Shown: positions 57,851-64,000 of the stretch, piece by piece
How positions within the stretch are numbered: position 1 is the first letter of the stretch
Layout of the letters: the number at the start of each line of letters is the position of its first letter
Assembly: GCA_964480945.1 (NCBI GenBank)
Contig: CAYZRX010000002.1
Span: 5,009 to 69,008, forward strand
Direction of reading: 5' to 3'
From: an uncultured Ignavibacteriaceae bacterium
GTDB lineage: Bacteria; Bacteroidota; Ignavibacteria; UBA10030
DNA: 64,000 nt
The notes under the pieces: generated by a model
What the model saw: only the letters and a program-made list of their open reading frames with translations
Databases searched by the model: none
What the model was told of the DNA's origin: nothing
Translations under genes and position numbers: made by a program

Positions 57851-57877
57851 GTGCTCCCTTGACCGACGGACCGAACG

Positions 57878-57908
57878 AAAAACCTCCAGCGCCTTTCGAC
57901 GCCGGAGG
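57878..57908 (-). terminator. intrinsic terminator of the LolA-like gene (minus strand)
   Basis: Minus-strand RNA CCUCCGGCGUC-GAAA-GGCGCUGGAGG (11-bp stem, GNRA loop) followed by UUUUUCGUU. Begins ~25 nt after the stop at 57933. Confidence 0.65.
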
Positions 57909-57932
57909 CTTTCGACTGAAGACTCCACCTCT

Positions 57933-58688
57933 CTATCGGCTCGGCTGCGCGAAGAAGCCGGCTTTGAGGCCGGAGTTGATCTTCACCGAGCGCACGACCA
58001 GCTCTGCAATCTTCTCGCCTCCTGCAAAACTCGTTGTCTTGAACGGGACCTTCACTCCATCTACATGCCGGTAGTCGGAATACTCATCGACGAAGTCCTC
58101 CAATCCGGACGCTCCTCTTCTTTGCGAGACCTTTCTCAGGACGATGGAGCTCCGAGCGTCGATGGAAAGCGTGGTCGACGTTTTCGTCGGCCGGTGGAAT
58201 GCCCGGACGACATTGACCGGTCTGTCACCAAAACGATCCTGTCCCAGGTAGCTCAAGGAGTACTCTGATCCACTCAGATTCTGCAGCAAATGATAGAGGT
58301 TGCTCGCGACCGACATCCTCACATCCGTGAGTTGAGCCTCGCTCATCGGTTGAACCCCCATCCGATTCGCCGTCCATCCCGTCTTTCCGTCGTAACCCGA
58401 GGTGACGTTGCCGAAATCCATTGCCGTCTTCAGGAAGAGTTTGTTGGGACGTTCATAGACGGTCTCCATCTCGTACTTCAGCGTCCCCTGCGGGATGAAA
58501 GAGGTCTCGGTGATCGATTGGGTCATGTCCTTCATCGCGGTGAGGGCCCTTCCGCCCATCGCGGTGATGACGTTCGCCAGAATCTCCTTTGCCTTCGCGG
58601 CTCCCGAAGTTTTCGAAGGGGCCTTCTTCTGCGCGGCGGCCGCGCCGGCGGAAAGAAGCAGGACCAGGATTGTCGCCAGCACTCTCAT
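57933..58688 (-). CDS. secreted LolA-like/outer-membrane lipoprotein-sorting-fold protein (hypothetical)
   Basis: Signal peptide MRVLATILVLLLSAGAAAAQ (start at Met 17). Homologous to the C-terminal ~230 aa of the adjacent M16 protein (AMGG...L..KD... motif shared). Confidence 0.45.
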   Translation of the reverse strand: MRVLATILVLLLSAGAAAAQKKAPSKTSGAAKAKEILANVITAMGGRALTAMKDMTQSITETSFIPQGTLKYEMETVYERPNKLFLKTAMDFGNVTSGYDGKTGWTANRMGVQPMSEAQLTDVRMSVASNLYHLLQNLSGSEYSLSYLGQDRFGDRPVNVVRAFHRPTKTSTTLSIDARSSIVLRKVSQRRGASGLEDFVDEYSDYRHVDGVKVPFKTTSFAGGEKIAELVVRSVKINSGLKAGFFAQPSR

Positions 58689-58732
58689 TCCCCAGCCTGC
58701 TCGAGCCGATCGTAACCTGAGAGCCGACCTCC

Positions 58733-60865
58733 TCATTTCTTGAAGACTTCTTCCTTGACCCCGCCGTTCACCTTGACCGTGTCGATCGTCACTTCGGAGA
58801 TCCGTTTGCCGTCTGCCGTTGAGATGGTCTTGTAAGGGAACTGAACACCGTCGGCCAGCCGGTAGTCCGAGTAGAGCTCCTCCAGATCACTGGGCCCGGA
58901 CGGTCCGGTTCCGCGTGCAATCTTCTTGACCACCAGCCCCGTCGCCGGGTCGACGAAGAGGCGAACCAGGTAGTTGGTCGGGTTATAGCGGACCAGAACG
59001 ACGTTGACGGTCTTTCCATCGGCCGTGTCGTCTTTCCAATACTGCGGGGTGAACTCAGGCTTGTCGAGGTTCTGCAGCATGTAGTAGACATCGCCGATCA
59101 GCTGGTTCTCCAATTCCTGTCGCTGGGCGCCGCCGATGTCCCGGGTGCCCATCGCTCCCTTCAACCATGCGCTTGTCCCGTCGAAGACCATCTGAAGATC
59201 TCCCATCGGCGTCTTCATCTGCATCGCCATTTTGTTCGGCCGGACGATCTGCACTTCAGTCACAATGGTGAGCTCACCCATCGGCGTTGTCTGGAGCACC
59301 TTTTCGTTGATGGCAATATCCTTGATGCCCATGAGCGCCGGGCCGCCCATCGCGGCGATGGATTTCTTCAGGATCTCCTGCCCCTTCGCGATCGTCTCCG
59401 GTGTCGGGTCCGGCATCTTCACCGGCGGCTCCGGGATCGTGATGTCGATGGTCTTGACGTTCATGCCGAGCGAGCTCAACGGTTCGTCGAAATCGGAGTC
59501 CTTCCCGACCACAAGGAGGGTCAGGGCATCCGGCTTCCACCGCTTCTGCACCGCCTCATCCACGCTGGCATTCGTCGCTTTCTGCACCTCTTGCTGTTCT
59601 TTCTGGATGAAGTCTTTCGGGTAACCGAAGTACTCGAGCGTCATCAGCTCGCTGATGATCTTTCCCTTCGTGTCGTACCGGAACACGAAGGAATTGAGGT
59701 ACGAATCCTTCGCATATTTCAGTTCCTCATCGGTGATGCCGTTCTTGATGAAGTTCTCGAACTCATGCTCGATCGACCGGATCATCTTCATCGTTGTTCC
59801 GGACTTGGTGGAACCCCTCATCTGGAAGATGCCCGGGTAGTCGTAGCTCTCCCCCCAGAAGCTGCCGACGGAATAGGCCAGTCCCTGATCGGAGCGCACG
59901 CGCTTGTACAATCGCGAAGCCGCTGCGCCGCCGAACGCCTGATCGGCCACGTTGAGGGAGCCGCTCTCCGGGTCGCTCAGCAGGCCGCCCAGATGGCCGA
60001 GGTAGATGTTCGACTGGTTGACGTCGTCCTTCCGGATGAAGTTCACGGTCTTCTGCGACGCGAGCCGGGGTTGTTGTACGGGTGGGAAAGTGACTTCCTG
60101 CCGCTGCCAATCGCCGAGCATCTTTTCGATCTTGGACTTCATTTCATCCGTCTTGAAGTCCCCCCAGAACGCGAGCATCATATTGTTGGGCACGAAGTAC
60201 TTCTTGTGGAAGTCGATCATGTCCTGCTTGCTGATGTTGTCGATGGTCGCGTACTCGGTCATCCGTGCGTACGGGTGGTTCGGACCGTAGATGAGTCTCC
60301 TGAATTCGCGCGCTGCGATGCCCATCACCTGGTCGTTCCGCCGCGCAATCGACGATCGGGCAGCGACTTTGGCAAGCTCGATCTTGTCATCGCGGAAGGC
60401 GGGGTTCCTCAGGACATCCGCAAGCACCCCCAGACCCATGTCGATGTCCTCCTTGAGGACCGAGAGGCGCGCGCCGCCCGCCGTCATTCCGATGTAGGTC
60501 TCCACGGAAGCGCCGACGCGCTCGAGCATCTCGTCCAGCTCGTCGCCGGTCTTGGTCGTCGTGCCTCCTGTCCGCATCACCTGTCCTGTCATGGACGCGA
60601 GGCCAACCTTGTCGGCAGGTTCATAGCGTGACCCGGTGCGAACCAGCACGGAGCCCTCGATCAGCGGGAGCGTGTGGTCTTCGAGCAGGTAGATAATCAT
60701 CCCGTTCGCAAGTTGGTAGCGTGCGGGCTCGGGGAGCTGGATTGCTCGCAGGGGAGGATACTTCAGTTTCTTGTACTGGAGCGGCTTGTTGCTTGTCTGA
60801 GCGGGGCTCAGGAGAACGAGCCCGGCAAGAAGCGTTACGATTGAGATTGTGCGAAATGGTTTCAT
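58733..60865 (-). CDS. M16-family peptidase, non-catalytic-type subunit, with fused C-terminal LolA-like domain
   Basis: Signal peptide. M16 fold segments (MIIYLLEDHTLPLIEG lacks HxxEH). 710 aa. C-terminal 230 aa paralogous to CDS 57933..58688. Confidence 0.7.
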   Translation of the reverse strand: MKPFRTISIVTLLAGLVLLSPAQTSNKPLQYKKLKYPPLRAIQLPEPARYQLANGMIIYLLEDHTLPLIEGSVLVRTGSRYEPADKVGLASMTGQVMRTGGTTTKTGDELDEMLERVGASVETYIGMTAGGARLSVLKEDIDMGLGVLADVLRNPAFRDDKIELAKVAARSSIARRNDQVMGIAAREFRRLIYGPNHPYARMTEYATIDNISKQDMIDFHKKYFVPNNMMLAFWGDFKTDEMKSKIEKMLGDWQRQEVTFPPVQQPRLASQKTVNFIRKDDVNQSNIYLGHLGGLLSDPESGSLNVADQAFGGAAASRLYKRVRSDQGLAYSVGSFWGESYDYPGIFQMRGSTKSGTTMKMIRSIEHEFENFIKNGITDEELKYAKDSYLNSFVFRYDTKGKIISELMTLEYFGYPKDFIQKEQQEVQKATNASVDEAVQKRWKPDALTLLVVGKDSDFDEPLSSLGMNVKTIDITIPEPPVKMPDPTPETIAKGQEILKKSIAAMGGPALMGIKDIAINEKVLQTTPMGELTIVTEVQIVRPNKMAMQMKTPMGDLQMVFDGTSAWLKGAMGTRDIGGAQRQELENQLIGDVYYMLQNLDKPEFTPQYWKDDTADGKTVNVVLVRYNPTNYLVRLFVDPATGLVVKKIARGTGPSGPSDLEELYSDYRLADGVQFPYKTISTADGKRISEVTIDTVKVNGGVKEEVFKK

Positions 60866-60877
60866 GGCATCCTCTCC

Positions 60878-62371
60878 CTATTTCACCGGTTCGATCGTTC
60901 CGATGGTGCGGTTCGTGTTGACGAAAACTGCTTTCGCAGCGCGCTGAATATCGGCGGCGGTGACGGCGTCGATCTTGTCGAGCTCCTTGAACAGGTTTCG
61001 CCAGTCGCCGGTGATCGCCTGGTAGTACGTCAACTCGCCCGCCATACCGGAGTTGTCGGCGAGCGAGCGGATGAGGTTGGCTCGTGCCCGCGTCTTGACC
61101 GCCTTGAGGTCTTCCGCACTGACCGGTTCCGTTTTCAGTTTCTCAATTTCTTCGTCGATGGCGTTCAGACATTCTTCGTTCGTCTTGTCTTTTGCCGGAA
61201 CTGCAAAGAATGCGAACAGGTTGGGATACTTGTCTCCGGGGAATCCCGAGAAACCCGCCGCCTGGATCGCGAGTTTCTTATCGCGGACAAGAGACTTATA
61301 CAGCCGGGACGTTCGGCCCGAGCTGAGGATATCGGAGATCGCATCGTACACCGCGTTGTCGGGATCGTTGACGGATCCCTTCTTGTAGCCGATCAGCAGG
61401 ATCGGTTGCGACTGCTCGTGCAGCACGACCTTGCGTTCGCTGTTCTGTTCCGGCTCGACGGTCCGCACCCCCGGCGATTTCGGCCCGGATGGGATCCGTC
61501 CGAAATACATCTCCGCCAGCCGGATGACCTGTTTCGGATCGACGTCGCCGACGATGGCGATCGTCATGTTGGAGGGCACGTAGTACGTCTTGAAGAACTC
61601 CATCGCCTCCTGCCGGGTGATGCCTCGCAGGTCCGACATGTGCCCGACGACCGGTTCTTTGTACGGATGCGACTTGTAGGCGACGGCGAGGAACTCCTCC
61701 ACCAGCTTGCCGATCGGCGAACTCTCCGTCCTCATCCGGCGCTCCTCCATCACCACGTCCTTCTCTTTATAGAAGTCCCGTATCACCGGGTCGAGGAACC
61801 GTTCCGATTCGAGCGAGAACCAGAGCTCGACTTTGTTCGATGGCAGGCTGAGATAGTACTGCGTTGCATCGGCTCCGGTGGATGCGTTCAGGCCGACACC
61901 CCCCTGCTCCTCGATGGCCTTGTCAAATTCCCCGTTCTCGACCAGTGCGGAGGCGGCATCCTGTGCTTTCTCAAACGCAGCGTGCAGCGTGTTGAGCTTG
62001 GCGGAATCTGCCTGGTTCCCTTTGACCTGCTCCCCCCGCCAGACCGACCAGGCTTTGTCGAGAGCCGTGAGGGCGACTTTTTCCTTCTTGTAGTTTTTTG
62101 TCCCGACGTCCGATGTTCCCTTGAACGCGAGGTGCTCGAAGATGTGCGCGAGTCCTGTAATCCCCGGTCTCTCGTTCACCGAACCGACGTTGACGTAGGT
62201 GTGGAACGAGACGACCGGCGCCTCGTGTCGGGGAAGGATCAGGAACTTCAGCCCGTTCTTCAGGGTGTGTTCAATCACCTGATTCTCGACGGCTTTGAAG
62301 CCATCCTGCCCCTGGAGTGCCGGCGCGCAGAAGACGGCAGCGATCAGAAATGCGAAGATTCTTTTTTGCAT
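60878..62371 (-). CDS. M16-family zinc peptidase (insulinase-like), catalytic subunit
   Basis: Inverted zinc motif HIFEHLAF (HxxEH). Signal peptide MQKRIFAFLIAAVFCAPALQGQ. Track ORF 60878..63262 is a read-through, and the real start is Met 298. Start coordinate is accurate to within 1 nt. Confidence 0.75.
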   Translation of the reverse strand: MQKRIFAFLIAAVFCAPALQGQDGFKAVENQVIEHTLKNGLKFLILPRHEAPVVSFHTYVNVGSVNERPGITGLAHIFEHLAFKGTSDVGTKNYKKEKVALTALDKAWSVWRGEQVKGNQADSAKLNTLHAAFEKAQDAASALVENGEFDKAIEEQGGVGLNASTGADATQYYLSLPSNKVELWFSLESERFLDPVIRDFYKEKDVVMEERRMRTESSPIGKLVEEFLAVAYKSHPYKEPVVGHMSDLRGITRQEAMEFFKTYYVPSNMTIAIVGDVDPKQVIRLAEMYFGRIPSGPKSPGVRTVEPEQNSERKVVLHEQSQPILLIGYKKGSVNDPDNAVYDAISDILSSGRTSRLYKSLVRDKKLAIQAAGFSGFPGDKYPNLFAFFAVPAKDKTNEECLNAIDEEIEKLKTEPVSAEDLKAVKTRARANLIRSLADNSGMAGELTYYQAITGDWRNLFKELDKIDAVTAADIQRAAKAVFVNTNRTIGTIEPVK

Positions 62372-62406
62372 TCTGCGAACTCCTTGTCGATGAGTGGGGA
62401 AGTGGT

Positions 62407-62733
62407 CTAGAGCTTCGATTTTCGTTCTTCGAGTCTGGCAGTCACACTGTCTTGGAAGAGATGAAATTTCTCTGCAGACTGAAGTTGTGAGAGGATTCCA
62501 GCGCGGAACGTTTCTTCTGTGAAACCGCGGTCCGACAACGCTTGCCGCACTTTTTTCCGGTATTCTGACGAGTCGGTTGCGGAGTGTGCCGTCTTGTACT
62601 GCTCGTTCAATTCCAGGACTTGGGCATAAGCTGCAACAAGCTTGTCGTCCGGCGGGCTTGCGGATGTCCCGGATCCCTGGCAGCTCAGGAAAACGATCGT
62701 CGGGAGAAGGAGCAAAGGGGAAATTGACTTCAT
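62407..62733 (-). CDS. small lipoprotein (hypothetical, 108 aa)
   Basis: Signal plus lipobox LLLPTIVFLSCQG. Helical charged body. 35 nt upstream of the M16 gene, same strand. Confidence 0.4.
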   Translation of the reverse strand: MKSISPLLLLPTIVFLSCQGSGTSASPPDDKLVAAYAQVLELNEQYKTAHSATDSSEYRKKVRQALSDRGFTEETFRAGILSQLQSAEKFHLFQDSVTARLEERKSKL

Positions 62734-62789
62734 TCGGGCATAGATCCGACGCTAAAGTAGGAAAGAGAAGTGAGGTATGCAAGTGCTCC

Positions 62790-62818
62790 TTGAAATCGGT
62801 GAGCGCAAGAAGTATATT
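62790..62818 (+). promoter_or_regulatory. sigma-70-like promoter candidate for CDS 62931..63386
   Basis: TTGAAA (62790-95), 17-nt spacer, TATATT (62813-18). About 110 nt upstream of the ATG, which has an AGGGGG RBS. Confidence 0.4.
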
Positions 62819-62930
62819 AGAAGTGAACCGCGCATCCCCCTGGCAGTTTGCGGTAGACGGGGGGATTGGGTTGCGGAGGCCGTTGATGAAAGCTTCTTCG
62901 TATCTCTCCACATTACTTACAGGGGGTGTT

Positions 62931-63386
62931 ATGGTCGAAGCTTCAAAAAAGATCTTGACGGATACAGTCAAGGAATGGGCCAAATTCACTGCGGACAAGG
63001 ACAAGTTTACAGCCATTGCCCACGACGTTTCCGAGCTCGCCCGGAAGTGCGTCCAGGAAAGCATCGCTTTCCTCAAGACGCAGAACATCGAGGCGGAAGC
63101 CGATTCGCCGGAGTCGATGTCGATTCTGCATGTTCCTATCCATATCGATCCCGTCATCGAGGCGACCTTTCCGAATGTAAAGGCGAGCGTCATGATGAAA
63201 TGCGGTGGGGCGTCCCGGGCGATCGTCATAAATCCGAACTCGACAATTTCGGCCGGCGGCAACCCGTTCGCTTATGAGCTGCTGAAGAAGGGCATTCCGC
63301 CGGGGTTCGAAACGAACGCGGCAGACTTCGTTCGCGATGCGTTCCTGAACGTTGCTCGGACGGGAGGTAAGGAACAAGCATTATAG
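62931..63386 (+). CDS. hypothetical protein (151 aa)
   Basis: Internal Met of track ORF 62577..63386, preceded by AGGGGG. Balanced amino-acid composition, unlike the R-rich antisense ORF 62943..63377. No family recognised. Confidence 0.4.
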   Translation: MVEASKKILTDTVKEWAKFTADKDKFTAIAHDVSELARKCVQESIAFLKTQNIEAEADSPESMSILHVPIHIDPVIEATFPNVKASVMMKCGGASRAIVINPNSTISAGGNPFAYELLKKGIPPGFETNAADFVRDAFLNVARTGGKEQAL

Positions 63387-63425
63387 GAAATCGACGATTT
63401 TCTATTGTCGATTTTCGATTGAGAG
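63387..63425. repeat. left flanking repeat array of the four-helix-bundle cassette (3x TCGATTTT-type units)
   Basis: GAAATCGACGATTTTCTATTGTCGATTTTCGATTG. Inverted relative to 63841..63872. Confidence 0.45.
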
Positions 63426-63434
63426 AAAAAGTGG

Positions 63435-63798
63435 TTGATGAATGCTGATGAGTTAAAGAACCGCACGAAGGAATGTGCCGCACGGGTCGTGAAATTTGTT
63501 GAAAACCTCGAGCGAGGCAAGGCTACGACATCATTGGGAAGCAGCTCATACGGTCAGCCACCTCGGTTGCCGCCAACTACAGGGCAGCTTGTCGCTCACG
63601 TTCGCGCGCGGATTTCGCAAACAAGCTCGGCATCGTGGAGGGGGAAGCAGATGAAACTCCGTTCTGGTTCGAGACGTTGATTGCATGCAACAAAGTGGAG
63701 CAGGACGACGTTCATCCTTTGATGGATGAGGTGGAGCAGTTGTTGAAGATTTTTTCCGCTTCCCATATCACGGCGAAGAGAAACCGGTATCTTAAGTA
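63435..63798 (+). pseudogene. four-helix-bundle protein (23S rRNA intervening-sequence protein family, PF05635/TIGR02436-like), frameshifted
   Basis: N-terminal 32 aa in the frame of track ORF 63435 (...ARVVKFVENLERGKA). The remainder is in a second frame (IIGKQLIRSATSVAANYRAACRSRSRADFANKLGIVEGEADETPFWFETL...), which opens after a TGA. No start codon exists in the second frame. Confidence 0.55.
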
Positions 63799-63840
63799 AC
63801 GTGTTTTTTCGCGCGCCGCGCACCTCGAGAATCGTCAGCC

Positions 63841-63872
63841 GAAATCGGCAATTGAAAATCGAAAATCGAACC
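63841..63872. repeat. right flanking repeat array of the four-helix-bundle cassette (3x GAAAATCGA-type units)
   Basis: GAAATCGGCAATTGAAAATCGAAAATCGAACC. Reverse-complementary to the left array units. Confidence 0.45.
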
Positions 63873-63876
63873 TCCC

Positions 63877-64000
63877 GTGTCTTATACTCTGGTCTCTGAT
63901 TACCGTCCGAGCGGCGATCAGCCCGAGGCGATCAAGCAGCTCGTCGAGGGTCTGCTCCGCGGCGACCGCTACCAGACACTTCTGGGCGTTACCGGCAGCG
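63877..64000 (+). CDS. uvrB: excinuclease ABC subunit B, N-terminal fragment (continues beyond window)
   Basis: GTG start. [26 protein letters not shown]...[10 protein letters not shown] matches the UvrB N-terminus (PSGDQP...[12 protein letters not shown]). Confidence 0.85.
   Translation, partial: MSYTLVSDYRPSGDQPEAIKQLVEGLLRGDRYQTLLGVTGS

Noticed and set aside
57851-57932. preQ1 riboswitch upstream of yhhQ.
   Set aside because: The only structure is a terminator hairpin plus U-run belonging to the upstream gene. No preQ1-I aptamer hairpin or A-rich tail pattern is present.
60878-63262. 794-aa track ORF taken as a single gene.
   Set aside because: The upstream 297 aa are low-complexity read-through overlapping a plausible lipoprotein gene (62407..62733). 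The protein starts at the internal Met with a clean signal peptide just before the HxxEH M16 domain.
62943-63377. ORF 62943..63377 (-) 144 aa and ORF 62777..63277 (+) 166 aa.
   Set aside because: Both overlap the better-supported + strand ORF 62931..63386, which has an RBS and balanced composition. Their products are R-rich low-complexity sequence.
1-64000. tRNA, rRNA, CRISPR, and IS/transposase search.
   Set aside because: No T-loop (GGTTCGAATCC-like) with a cloverleaf context was seen. No rRNA-like conserved blocks, no regularly spaced direct repeats, and no transposase/integrase-like ORFs.

Overview
This 64-kb window comes from a GC-rich (~60%) chromosome of an LPS-producing Gram-negative bacterium. 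Gene content and start-site style (many genes lack a Shine-Dalgarno sequence; an hrcA-grpE-dnaJ operon without dnaK) suggest an FCB-superphylum-like organism, but that is inference only. Coding density is high, with about 63 supportable CDSs and most operons in co-directional runs. Neighbouring CDSs frequently overlap by 4 nt or abut. I found no rRNA, tRNA, CRISPR array or obvious IS/transposase.

Main recognisable blocks, in order:
- Glycosylation-type genes: a SAM-dependent methyltransferase and a GT4 glycosyltransferase.
- LOG-family protein, a TonB-dependent-receptor-like outer-membrane protein, and ispE.
- A Kdo/LPS-transport cluster: kdsA, kdsC, an unknown CxxC protein, kdsD, lptC, a long lptA-like gene, lptB.
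- A PEP/aromatic block: type Ibeta DAHP synthase, tyrA-ACT, an aminotransferase translationally coupled to pckA, and a convergent paralogous aspartate aminotransferase.
- coaD-rsmD, a lone PilM-like gene and comEA.
- hrcA-grpE-dnaJ.
- carA, two secreted peptidases (DmpA/P1 and M19), and class II RNR nrdJ.
- An acyl-CoA ligase, two tandem SPOR lipoproteins, deoC, an MFS transporter, and a lone L-fucose isomerase.
- cyclase-lspA-truA, a DUF885-like putative metallopeptidase, a thioesterase, dinB, GNAT, a trypsin-like lipoprotein, OsmC and valS.
- An M23 peptidase, FAH hydrolase, purM, and an orphan GAF-GAF histidine kinase.
- A YhhQ queuosine-precursor transporter, and a four-gene secreted M16 peptidase module with LolA-like domains.
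- At the 3' end, a frameshifted four-helix-bundle (23S rRNA IVS-protein family) gene flanked by inverted short-repeat arrays, immediately upstream of the uvrB start.

Non-coding points of note:
- A 545-bp AT-rich repeat-dense region upstream of nrdJ.
- A GC-rich nested-palindrome (REP-like) cluster downstream of the histidine kinase.
- A 15-bp-stem bidirectional terminator between pckA and the FmdB zinc-ribbon gene.

All identifications rest on conserved motifs recognised by eye in the supplied translations; no database search was run. My line-based nucleotide indexing disagreed with the ORF-track frame by 1 nt at one place near 62340-62400 (cause not identified), so I trust the track coordinates throughout; internal start sites placed by residue count may be off by ~1 nt.
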